Shown: positions 17,785-26,108, numbered from the stretch's first letter. The stretch: 64,000 nt of DNA from a virus (IMGVR_UViG_3300033074_000580:95270-159269); one strand, 5' to 3'. The notes: generated by a model from the letters alone, not told the origin. Translations and numbers: made by a program.

Positions 17785-17844
17785 GTTTTATGATTTTTTA
17801 TTCTTATATTTGAATTGTAGTTCTTTGACATTGTGAGAAAATTT

Positions 17845-17929
17845 GCCGAGGTGATGGAATGGTAGACATGACAGACTTAAAATCTGTTGGGACGAAAGTC
17901 CCGTGCGGGTTCGACTCCCGCTCTCGGTA
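17845..17929 (+). tRNA. trnL: tRNA-Leu(UAA)
   Basis: ACAGA-CTTAAAA-TCTGT; variable arm. Confidence 0.92.
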
Positions 17930-17964
17930 CAAACACTATCGTTCTTTGATAAAATTAAAAGCGT

Positions 17965-18210
17965 ATGGATATACTATCATTTATTTTAGGAATGTCCGTT
18001 GTGGTGGTTATCGCAGTTGCGGTAGTTGCTGTAATGGCCTTTGTTAAGGTGAAGAAACATAACAAAGAAATTGAAACAATCCACACAATTATGAGTGGAG
18101 AATTTGAACGAGTGAACAGAGATATGACGGATATGCAAAGAGATATTTTCTCTTCGTTAGATTCCCGATTAGATAAACTAGAAAGTAAATTAAGCAGCCG
18201 TAAGGCATAA
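17965..18210 (+). CDS. membrane-anchored coiled-coil protein
   Basis: N-terminal TM, heptad C-terminus. Confidence 0.65.
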   Translation: MDILSFILGMSVVVVIAVAVVAVMAFVKVKKHNKEIETIHTIMSGEFERVNRDMTDMQRDIFSSLDSRLDKLESKLSSRKA

Positions 18211-18249
18211 AGATTAAATAAAAACTTTCAAAGACGATAGTGTTAATTT

Positions 18250-18323
<74 letters not shown>

Positions 18324-18324
18324 C

Positions 18325-18465
18325 AAAGATAATGGTCTGATGTTATTATGGTTGTCGACAAACCTGATAACTACTTCAACAGACAGCACCCTCTGCCGAG
18401 GCCTCAGTAAAACTCTGATGAAGCAGTTAAGATTGGAACGAGACGGGTATTCCATCATTGTCTTT
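18325..18465 (+). ncRNA. unidentified ~140-nt structured RNA
   Basis: AAAGATAATG/CATTGTCTTT closing stem enclosing several hairpins. Confidence 0.5.
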
Positions 18466-18471
18466 ATTTTT

Positions 18472-18547
18472 ATAGATGTAGAGGAGACAGGTTTATCTCG
18501 CCACATTTGGGATGTGGAGCACGTAGGTTCGAATCCTACCATCTATA
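18472..18547 (+). tRNA. trnP: tRNA-Pro(UGG)
   Basis: ATAGATG/CATCTAT; CCACA-TTTGGGA-TGTGG. Confidence 0.9.
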
Positions 18548-18553
18548 CAACAC

Positions 18554-18625
18554 GCTGATGTAGCTCAACGGCAGAGCAATTGACTGTTAATCAATAGGTT
18601 GAGATATCGTAATTCTCCATCAGCG
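18554..18625 (+). tRNA. trnN: tRNA-Asn(GUU), atypical T-arm
   Basis: GCTGATG/CATCAGC; ATTGA-CTGTTAA-TCAAT. Confidence 0.85.
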
Positions 18626-18631
18626 CAACAT

Positions 18632-18712
18632 GGCCGAGTGGTGTAATGGGAGCCACGCTAGTTTTAGGCACTAGTGTCGAAAGACGTGAGAGTTCGAATC
18701 TCTCCTTGGTCA
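18632..18712 (+). tRNA. trnL: tRNA-Leu(UAG)
   Basis: CTAGT-TTTAGGC-ACTAG; variable arm. Confidence 0.88.
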
Positions 18713-18718
18713 CAAAAT

Positions 18719-18802
18719 TGGAGGATGGGTGAGTGGCTAAAACCGGCAGACTGTAAATCTGCTCTCAGAACGGGTACGGGGGTTCGAATCCCTCTCCTCC
18801 AA
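18719..18802 (+). tRNA. trnY: tRNA-Tyr(GUA)
   Basis: TGGAGGA/TCCTCCA; GCAGA-CTGTAAA-TCTGC. Confidence 0.92.
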
Positions 18803-18808
18803 CATTTT

Positions 18809-18882
18809 GGACTTGTAGCTCAGTAGGTTAGAGCAACTGACTCATAATCAGTAGGTCCCTGGTTCGAGCCCAGGCTGGTCCA
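18809..18882 (+). tRNA. trnI: tRNA-Ile2(CAU, lysidine type)
   Basis: ACTGA-CTCATAA-TCAGT; body resembles bacterial Ile2 rather than Met tRNAs. Confidence 0.75.
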
Positions 18883-18961
18883 CGCAATGTGTCATTAGTC
18901 CCTGAAGTAATTCAAACTAATGGTCTCGGTAGACAGAACGCGTCTGATTCTACCCACAATT

Positions 18962-19033
18962 AGTCTCTTAGCTCAGAGGGAGAGCACTTGCCTTACATGC
19001 AAGGGGTCGGGATTTCAAAATTCTCAGGGACTA
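18962..19033 (+). tRNA. trnV: tRNA-Val(UAC)
   Basis: AGTCTCT/AGGGACT; CTTGC-CTTACAT-GCAAG. Confidence 0.88.
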
Positions 19034-19039
19034 CAACAA

Positions 19040-19115
19040 GCGGAAGTAGCTCATTCGGTAGAGCGACGCCTTGCCAAGGCGTAGGTGGCCAGTTCGAGCC
19101 TGGTCTTCCGCTCCA
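19040..19115 (+). tRNA. trnG: tRNA-Gly(GCC)
   Basis: GCGGAAG/CTTCCGC; ACGCC-TTGCCAA-GGCGT; encoded CCA. Confidence 0.93.
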
Positions 19116-19118
19116 TAA

Positions 19119-19190
19119 GCTCGGTTAGTTCAACCGGTAGAACAAATGATTTGTAATCATTAGACAACAGTTCGAATCTGTTACTGAGCT
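19119..19190 (+). tRNA. trnT: tRNA-Thr(UGU)
   Basis: GCTCGGT/ACTGAGC; AATGA-TTTGTAA-TCATT. Confidence 0.9.
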
Positions 19191-19244
19191 CAAAATAAAA
19201 TAAATACTTCCAAGTTTTTAATGTATTTGGAAGTATTTATAGAT

Positions 19245-19676
19245 ATGAAAACAAAAATATGCCCAAAATGTGAAATAGAATTACCATTAGATGATGAACA
19301 TTTCGCATCAAGATATGATAGAAAAGAAAAAATGTTCCAACATATCTGTAGAAAATGTCAAAGTGAGTATAGAAAAATTCACTATGAAAAAAATAAACAA
19401 AAATATATTGATAAGGCTAAGGTTTTTACTCAATCAATTAAAGAATGGTTTATTGAATATAAAAAAACATTAAAATGTAAAGAATGTGGTGAGGATAGGT
19501 ATTGGGTGTTAGATTTCCATCACAGGGACCCAAAAGAAAAAGATATTGATGTTTCTACTTTAATTAGAAAAGGAAACAAAAATAAAATATTAAAAGAAGT
19601 TGAAAAATGTGATGTTCTATGTTCTAATTGTCATAGAGATTTACATTTTAAACAAAATAATGCGGATTTCGCCTAG
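19245..19676 (+). CDS. HNH homing endonuclease
   Basis: N-terminal CxxC pairs; LDFHHRDP..CDVLCSNCHR; start moved to ATG 19245. Confidence 0.85.
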   Translation: MKTKICPKCEIELPLDDEHFASRYDRKEKMFQHICRKCQSEYRKIHYEKNKQKYIDKAKVFTQSIKEWFIEYKKTLKCKECGEDRYWVLDFHHRDPKEKDIDVSTLIRKGNKNKILKEVEKCDVLCSNCHRDLHFKQNNADFA

Positions 19677-19735
19677 TTGGTATGGCATCACACTTCCAAT
19701 GTGAAATAGGGTCGGTTCGAGCCCGATAATCCGCT
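19662..19735 (+). tRNA. trnG: tRNA-Gly(UCC)
   Basis: GCGGATT/AATCCGC; TCACA-CTTCCAA-TGTGA. Confidence 0.9.
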
Positions 19736-19741
19736 CATAAC

Positions 19742-19816
19742 TGTCCTCTCGTATATCGGTTATTACATCTGGTTTTGGTCCAGATAAGTGGGGTTCGATT
19801 CCCTGGGGGACATCCA
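19742..19816 (+). tRNA. trnQ: tRNA-Gln(UUG)
   Basis: TGTCCTC/GGGGACA; TCTGG-TTTTGGT-CCAGA; encoded CCA. Confidence 0.9.
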
Positions 19817-19828
19817 AAATTTTAAACT

Positions 19829-20059
19829 ATGAGTATTTTTGCAATTTATTACGTAATATGTATTGCGTATTGTTTTTATCAATTAAATAAGAAATATAAA
19901 AACAGAGGTATCGATTACGGAACATCACCTGAATTAGATTCCATTATGGTTTTAGTAATGGCTTGGATTTTAGCACCAATTGATGTTTCTATAACTTGGA
20001 TACGAATGGTAAAAGAAGCTGAAGAAGCTAAAAGAAGACAAGATAAACAAGTACTTTAA
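19829..20059 (+). CDS. small two-TM membrane protein
   Basis: Two hydrophobic segments. Confidence 0.6.
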   Translation: MSIFAIYYVICIAYCFYQLNKKYKNRGIDYGTSPELDSIMVLVMAWILAPIDVSITWIRMVKEAEEAKRRQDKQVL

Positions 20060-20060
20060 C

Positions 20061-20146
20061 GGAGAGTTACCCAAGTTGGTGAAGGGGGCAGTTTGCTAAA
20101 CTGTTAGGTCGTTCGCGGCGCAAGGGTTCGAGTCCCTTACTCTCCG
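20061..20146 (+). tRNA. trnS: tRNA-Ser(GCU)
   Basis: GGAGAGT/ACTCTCC; loop TTGCTAA; variable arm. Confidence 0.92.
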
Positions 20147-20151
20147 CACAT

Positions 20152-20300
20152 TGTAGTGTGACGAAACTTTGGCAGACGTGCCCTCCTGTCTCGGGGGTGT
20201 GGACAAAGAAATAGACAAGTGATATGGGGTAGACCACCTTCCGGCCGGATGTGTTACTTGTTGAATCTCCACTTGAGTGGTTCGAATCCCTCCACTACAG
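20152..20300 (+). ncRNA. 149-nt tRNA-like RNA with giant branched variable arm
   Basis: TGTAGTG/CACTACA acceptor, Leu-like D-loop, CCCTC-CTGTCTC-GGGGG, TTCGAAT T-loop, ~75-nt insert. Confidence 0.75.
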
Positions 20301-20331
20301 CTAAACAATAATTATAATAAATGAAAATGTA

Positions 20332-20793
20332 ATGAAAAAATTTAGAACTCTCTACGGAACTCCAATTCCAGATGTTGTTGAATACATCAGAGAGTACATC
20401 TCAACAAGAGAGGATGTGGAAATCCTTATTGGTTCTGACTCACAATGTTATGGTAATCGTAAAACAATTTATGGTATCGTAGTTGCTCTTTATACAAAGG
20501 GTAAAGGTGCTCATGTATTGTGTACACGTGAAACTGTTCCTATGGAACATAACACACCATCAAGATTACTAAGTGAAGTTTGGAAATCTCTTGAGATTGC
20601 TGAATATTTAAAAGATAATGGGTTACCAAAACCAACTTGGATTGATATTGATTTGAATCCTGACCCTAAATACAAATCTAATTCTGTTTTAAGACAAGCA
20701 GTTGGTATGGTTGAAGGTATGGGATATAAAGTTAGATACAAACATGTTGGTGCTTTAATGACCTATGCTGCAAATCATTTAGTAAGATTATAA
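20332..20793 (+). CDS. YkuK/DUF458 RNase H-like protein
   Basis: ILIGSDSQ, RLLSEVWKS, IDIDLNP..KSN pattern. Confidence 0.8.
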   Translation: MKKFRTLYGTPIPDVVEYIREYISTREDVEILIGSDSQCYGNRKTIYGIVVALYTKGKGAHVLCTRETVPMEHNTPSRLLSEVWKSLEIAEYLKDNGLPKPTWIDIDLNPDPKYKSNSVLRQAVGMVEGMGYKVRYKHVGALMTYAANHLVRL

Positions 20794-20794
20794 T

Positions 20795-21526
20795 ATGAAG
20801 ATTGTTGGTTTTGGTGATAGCTTCATCCAACCCAAAAGTACGGTTGAATATCAATACACAAGATTAGTTATTGATAAGTTTGGTGGGGAGTTTGAATTAT
20901 TTGGTGTCAATGGATGTGGAATTTGGGATACCTTTTTTGAATTTAAAAGATACGCCGAAACAAATAAATCATTTTCTGATGTCGATTTAATTTTATTTGC
21001 ATGGTCAGACGCGAGTCGATTATATAATAGTGAAGTTAGAAATGCCTGTTATGCGAATTCAATAAATCACAAAGACTCAAAAGACCCATTTTGGATTGCG
21101 GTTAAAAATTATTACGAACATATTTTTGATATTGATAAGACAAGATATGAATTTGATGCGTTCTATTATTGGGTAGATGATTGGTTTGAGAAAAACTATC
21201 CTGACAAGAAAATTGTCAATATGTATAGTTTTCCTAAAATGACCAAATCATCGGCGGTGTATTTCGAATATTTGGATATAGTTAAAAATAATCCTGAAAA
21301 TGAAGTTTATTATCATGAATTTAAAAATTCAGTAACAATTAAACCGTCTTTATTACATTTTAGTTTAAACGATGAATGGCCCGAAGATAATGATTTAAGT
21401 AGAGAACACAGATTCCAACATTTAACACCTAAAATGCATAAAGAGGTGTCAAAAATTTTAATCGAATCGATTGAAAAGTATGAAAAAGGAAAAGTTTTCA
21501 CTTATAAACCGAAAAAATTTATTTAA
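20795..21526 (+). CDS. SGNH-hydrolase-like protein
   Basis: N-terminal GDSF, C-terminal HLT..H. Confidence 0.55.
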   Translation: MKIVGFGDSFIQPKSTVEYQYTRLVIDKFGGEFELFGVNGCGIWDTFFEFKRYAETNKSFSDVDLILFAWSDASRLYNSEVRNACYANSINHKDSKDPFWIAVKNYYEHIFDIDKTRYEFDAFYYWVDDWFEKNYPDKKIVNMYSFPKMTKSSAVYFEYLDIVKNNPENEVYYHEFKNSVTIKPSLLHFSLNDEWPEDNDLSREHRFQHLTPKMHKEVSKILIESIEKYEKGKVFTYKPKKFI

Positions 21527-21578
21527 TATTTTTTATTCTTAAAATTTTTATCTATATTTGTAATATAAAGATTGAATT

Positions 21579-21800
21579 ATGAAATGTATTAAGTTAATTA
21601 AGGCAAGTAAAGGTCACGAAATTGGTGATATACTAAGAGTAGATGACAATGAAGCGGATTTAAGAGTTAAAGGTGGTTATTGGGCATTTGCACCAAAGAC
21701 TGAATATAAACTATTTAAAAATCCTGATTATAAAACTAAGAAGACAACTGAAAAAGTTTCTTCTAAGAAACAATTAAAGAAGACAAAAACTTCTGAATAA
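21579..21800 (+). CDS. small basic hypothetical protein
   Basis: TATATTTG promoter at 21553. Confidence 0.6.
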   Translation: MKCIKLIKASKGHEIGDILRVDDNEADLRVKGGYWAFAPKTEYKLFKNPDYKTKKTTEKVSSKKQLKKTKTSE

Positions 21801-21850
21801 AAAAAATAAAAAAAGTTTCACAAATATTTTGTTTTCTCAAAAAGTCTTCG

Positions 21851-21887
21851 TATATTTGTAAAACAATAAGAGAAAAAGTTCTTTGAA
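21851..21887 (+). promoter_or_regulatory. promoter (TATATTTG) plus boxA-like AGTTCTTTGAA upstream of the large ncRNA
   Basis: A similar GTTCTTTGA motif occurs at 17820 and 17941 in tRNA cluster 2. Confidence 0.55.
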
Positions 21888-21894
21888 TTAAAAA

Positions 21895-22700
21895 TATTGG
21901 CCGCCTATGGTCATTAAATAAACTGTGAAAGCAGTATAAAGTGAGTCTGAATTAGTTATTTGGATTTGCGGTTTTCGAAAGAGAACTCGAGTAGGCAAGC
22001 GGGATATCATTGAACCGTAAGTACTGAGGGTAACACTGTAGGGAAAGTGGTTTGGTGACTGAGCGATACCGGTCGTTCAGTTGAGGTGGGAACACTAATA
22101 AGAATAACTCGTAGAATTGTTGTGAGAAGTATGGTCATCCAACTATACAATTGCGGAATTCAATACAATGGGAATCTTAAAACCGAAAGGTATGATTGAG
22201 TACAGGTGGTGCTGTTACAGTCCTTGATTTGAATCTACCAAGGTTCATGTCTCGAAGGGGTCCAAAAGTGTGGAGGTCGGGAGACTTCAGAGGGTAGTTT
22301 AGTATTTCGTCGCTCAAAAGGTGATGAAGCTGGTTGACGGACCGCTACCTTCCAAATCGGTAACTAAAATCATTTTGTTAATTTTGGTTTAACAACTTAA
22401 AAGCAAAAGGAAAAGTGTCCGTCAGTCATTGGAGACAGGTGACTACATAGTCGTGAGGGGTTCACGGCCACAAAGGGTCCCAAACCCGATGTGAATTATG
22501 AGAAAGTTCTCTAGTCCCGCAAGGATGAGTTGGGGTGGCAACCTCGAAGAGTAATGAGTATTATGAGAGTATCTAATGACTCAAGGATTGGTTAATCTAA
22601 TTGACCGTCACTGGTTGGTACAGTTCAAAAGACTGTGGATATGAAAGGAAACAATAATCTTTCTAAAGTCAACTACTAAAACTTGTAATCTCAGAGTTTT
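21895..22700 (+). ncRNA. ~800-nt large structured RNA, GOLLD-like
   Basis: ORF-free, raised GC, many GNRA hairpins, repeated YCAAAAG loops; size and tRNA-proximal phage context fit GOLLD; family not verified. Confidence 0.65.
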
Positions 22701-22814
22701 CTTTTATCTATTAACAGTTATCTTTTAACTTTTTATTTTTTCTTAGTTTTTTACGAATAAACTAAGTGGTGGAATTAAGTACGATATTAAAAACCGTGCG
22801 GCCCTCAACAAATT

Positions 22815-22842
22815 AGTCAGAAGAAATTCTGACTTTTTTTTT
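22815..22842 (+). terminator. Rho-independent terminator
   Basis: AGTCAGAA-GAAA-TTCTGACT + T run. Confidence 0.8.
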
Positions 22843-22875
22843 GCTTTTTAAAATATATTTTGTATATTAGTTATT

Positions 22876-23625
22876 ATGAGAATAGTTTGTATATCCGACA
22901 CACATAGTTTACATGAAAACATGAGACATGAATTACCAAAGGGTAATATATTGATTCATGCGGGTGATATTTCTAATAGAGGTGGTGAAAGAGATGTAAC
23001 TAATTTCATACATTGGTTTCAAAACATTGAAGGTTATGATATGAAGATATTTGTATCAGGTAATCATGATTTTTGTTTTGAGAGAGTTAATGAACCACAT
23101 CATAAAGGTGACTATGATTGGTTACATCATTTAATGTCAGAAGAAAATTTATCACAATCAGATGTGGTTTATTTGGAAGATGATTATGTATTATATGTAA
23201 GTGACGAACTTTCAATACCTTTAAAAATTTATGGTAGTCCTTGGCAACCATGGTTTTATGATTGGGCATTTAATTTACCAAGATTAGGAACTGAATTACA
23301 AGAAAAGTGGGATATGATTCCTATGGATACCGATATTTTAATTACTCATGGACCACCTAATGGTTATGGTGATTTTGTAGATAATTTTAGACAACCAAAT
23401 CGTAATGTGGGTTGTGAATTATTAAGAAATAAAATTGAAGAAATAAATCCAATATTAAATATCTTCGGTCACATACATGAAGGATATGGTGTTTATACTA
23501 ATGAAAAAACCACATTTGTTAATGCATCAACATGTACTGCGAGATATGAACCAACAAATAAACCAATCATTATTGATTTAATCGAAATTGACGGTAAAGT
23601 AATTGCAACATATGTCCAAGAATAA
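22876..23625 (+). CDS. calcineurin-like metallophosphoesterase
   Basis: ISDTH, HAGD, GNHD, LITHGPP, GHIHE. Confidence 0.9.
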   Translation: MRIVCISDTHSLHENMRHELPKGNILIHAGDISNRGGERDVTNFIHWFQNIEGYDMKIFVSGNHDFCFERVNEPHHKGDYDWLHHLMSEENLSQSDVVYLEDDYVLYVSDELSIPLKIYGSPWQPWFYDWAFNLPRLGTELQEKWDMIPMDTDILITHGPPNGYGDFVDNFRQPNRNVGCELLRNKIEEINPILNIFGHIHEGYGVYTNEKTTFVNASTCTARYEPTNKPIIIDLIEIDGKVIATYVQE

Positions 23626-24295
23626 TCAACCAATTAGTGTAGTAATATCCACAAGAAAAATTGATGATACGTACCTAAAGCACGTAGAAAAAATGTTTTC
23701 ACATCCAAAAACGGAAATACTAATTTACGAAAATGAAGGTGAATTTACACTACCTGAATTATATAATAAAGGTTTAGACGAATCGTCAAATGATATTGTT
23801 GTTTTCATGCACGATGATTTAATTTTAGAAACACCAAACATCACACCTAAAGTTGTTAAACTGTTTGAACAAAATCCAGAATTTGGAATTATAGGTTTGG
23901 CGGGTACTGATAATTTAATAAGTGGTATGTGGTGGCAAGATAGAGAATCGATGTACGGTGTTGTGGGTCATGAACATGAAGGTAAACGACATGTGAATCA
24001 CTATTCAAAACAATTGTTTGGTGAAAAACCAAAAGAGGTTGTGGTAATTGATGGTTTATTTATGATGGTACATAAGAATCGAATTAAACATAGATTTAAT
24101 GAAGAATTTAAAGGATTCCATTTTTATGATTTACCATTTTGTTTAGATAATTTTACAGATGGGGTTAAAGTTGGTGTAACCACTAAAATAATGGTAACAC
24201 ATAAATCCATTGGTATGGTAAATAAACAATGGGAAAAATATAAACTCTTTTTTGAGGCATTATATGAGAAACGATTCCCAATTAGAGTTAACTGA
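23612..24295 (+). CDS. GT-A fold glycosyltransferase (GT2-like)
   Basis: YNKGL, FMHDD, IDGLFM, FHFYD. Confidence 0.8.
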   Translation: MSKNNQPISVVISTRKIDDTYLKHVEKMFSHPKTEILIYENEGEFTLPELYNKGLDESSNDIVVFMHDDLILETPNITPKVVKLFEQNPEFGIIGLAGTDNLISGMWWQDRESMYGVVGHEHEGKRHVNHYSKQLFGEKPKEVVVIDGLFMMVHKNRIKHRFNEEFKGFHFYDLPFCLDNFTDGVKVGVTTKIMVTHKSIGMVNKQWEKYKLFFEALYEKRFPIRVN

Positions 24296-24337
24296 TTTTA
24301 ATATAATAACAGATATTTATATATAAACTTTTAAATT

Positions 24338-24553
24338 ATGAAGAAAATTTTTGAATTGATTAAGAAACTTTTGGGTGGCGGTTCTGCTGCTGAAAAGGCA
24401 GTACAATTAACCCAACTTGAGACTGAAGTTAAAAAAGAAGTTGCTGAAGTTAAAGAAGAAGTTAAAGAAATCGTAGCTGAAGTTAAAAAGAAGGTTGGTA
24501 GAAAACCGGCAGCTAAAAAACCGGCAGCAAAAACAACTGCTAAGAAAAAGTAA
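24338..24553 (+). CDS. small protein with histone-H1-like KPAAK tail
   Basis: KKKVGRKPAAKKPAAKTTAKKK; TATTTATA upstream. Confidence 0.7.
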   Translation: MKKIFELIKKLLGGGSAAEKAVQLTQLETEVKKEVAEVKEEVKEIVAEVKKKVGRKPAAKKPAAKTTAKKK

Positions 24554-24633
24554 TTATTTTTAATTAACATATACTGTTTTAGGGTTAAAATTTGTTTTTT
24601 AACCCTTTTTCATCTATATTTGTATTACCATTT

Positions 24634-25035
24634 GGGGATGTTTGGATTTGATTTCAGGTATCAGGGATAAATGGCACGTAGTCAGACTTCATCTATGACT
24701 TAAATCCACGGTGGAAAAAATTAGACGGCAACGTTTACAACAACATGGAAGTAGCAGGTATTCTTGCAACTTCTAACGTAGCAGTAGCCTAAGGCGAAAC
24801 TACCCTCGGGTCGACGTACATATAACCTAGGAACAGAAGTACTTAAAGTGTGATACCACTTAGAGTGTCAAAGGTCTCGTTCAGAGGGCTACCTTAAAGT
24901 GAACTCGACACAGTTATAGGGAACGATGTCAAAATAGGAACCTTTTATTTGTCAGTTGAGAACCAATTGAATAAACGTGTAGTCATTTATTGTTGAACAG
25001 GAAAGACACGGGTTCGACTCCCGTCATCTCCACCA
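24634..25035 (+). ncRNA. ssrA: tmRNA
   Basis: 5' GGGGATG / 3' CATCTCC-ACCA with G3.U; T-arm GGTTCGACTCC; tag ORF 24727-24792; TATATTTG promoter at 24615; terminator 25036-25060. Confidence 0.92.
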
Positions 25036-25202
25036 AAGGTCCTTTTTAAGGACCTTTTTTATTTAATTAAGATGAAAGTCTATTAACGAACAAAGAGGTC
25101 TTTAGGACCCCTCTGTCGAGATTAAGAACACCTCCTTTTCGTTTATAAGTATTATCGTTTAACGGCGACCAAACCAATTAAACTCTCTTATAAATATCTC
25201 AA

Positions 25203-26108
25203 TTATGCGTATTTTTGAGCAAATGCCTTTAATAATCCGATATTAAACATACCATTTAAACCACCATTTTCAGAGGAAACTTCATCTCTTCCTTCTATTT
25301 TAGCTAAATCGCTTTCAGATGTTGTTGAATTAACCATTTCAGAAAATTTTGGATTGTTTGCAAATCTTTCCAATTCTTTCGGGTCCCCCATCTTTTTTTC
25401 AAAATCACTTAAATTAGGTATACCTAAGAATGATAATAAATTATTTGCAGCAATGAAATTTCTAATATATTGTCTTTTAGCTCTACTACCTTTATATGTA
25501 ATGTTATACCATTTTGATAACCATGTACTTGGTACTTCACCTTTTTTTGCGATGTATTGTGCCAATTTTTCTTCTCTAAAGAATTTAGTTAAACCTCCAC
25601 CTATTTTACCTGTGTCGGCAATTGCATGTACAATACCTTTTGGTTTCTCTAATAATTTTGCAAAAACAGATTTGTGTGAAACAAGAGACTGTTCAACTTT
25701 TCTTGCAAATGTTGGTGAAACTTTTTCTAATTGACCTATAACCACTTTTAATGATTTGTTATCTAAATGTTTACCTAATTTCATGTATTGTTCCATTACT
25801 TTAGGATTTGCTTTTAAATATTTTACCAAATCATCAGTACTTTTAAGTGCAGTTTTTGCAACCGGATTTTTGAATATTTTAATTAAAGGTTTGGCAATAA
25901 AATCACCGACTGTTGGTATCAATGCAATTAACATTAAACCTGCATATAACCATTCTTTTTTATAACAATAGTATAATATTAAAACAAAGTCCGCAACTTC
26001 ACCAATCACAGGAAAAAAACCCGCAACCATCAAACTGTTTTCAATCCAGTTTTCATTTATAAGTTGTTTGTTCTCTAATATTTCTTTTTTATTTAAATGT
26101 TTTTCCAT
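25203..26108 (-). CDS. protein with pre-toxin TG (PT-TG)-like hydrophobic segment; putative virion/membrane protein
   Basis: VAGFFPVIGEVAD....LIPTVGD motif. Confidence 0.55.
   Translation of the reverse strand: MEKHLNKKEILENKQLINENWIENSLMVAGFFPVIGEVADFVLILYYCYKKEWLYAGLMLIALIPTVGDFIAKPLIKIFKNPVAKTALKSTDDLVKYLKANPKVMEQYMKLGKHLDNKSLKVVIGQLEKVSPTFARKVEQSLVSHKSVFAKLLEKPKGIVHAIADTGKIGGGLTKFFREEKLAQYIAKKGEVPSTWLSKWYNITYKGSRAKRQYIRNFIAANNLLSFLGIPNLSDFEKKMGDPKELERFANNPKFSEMVNSTTSESDLAKIEGRDEVSSENGGLNGMFNIGLLKAFAQKYA

Noticed and set aside
18415-18445. CTGATGA resembling a hammerhead ribozyme core
   Set aside because: No properly placed GAAA after a G-C-closed stem II, and no matching stems I and III with an NUH site.
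20152-20300. Calling this a second tRNA-Asp or an intron-containing tRNA
   Set aside because: The insert is in the variable arm rather than the anticodon loop, is too short for a group I intron, and position 37 is a pyrimidine; treated as a tRNA-like RNA.
20520-20536. TGTACACGTGAAAC parS-like half match
   Set aside because: The left arm does not fit the consensus; it lies in the YkuK-like CDS and is likely chance.
21895-22700. rRNA fragment, RNase P RNA or group I/II intron
   Set aside because: No recognisable rRNA signatures, RNase P P4 motifs or intron core, and no interrupted flanking gene.
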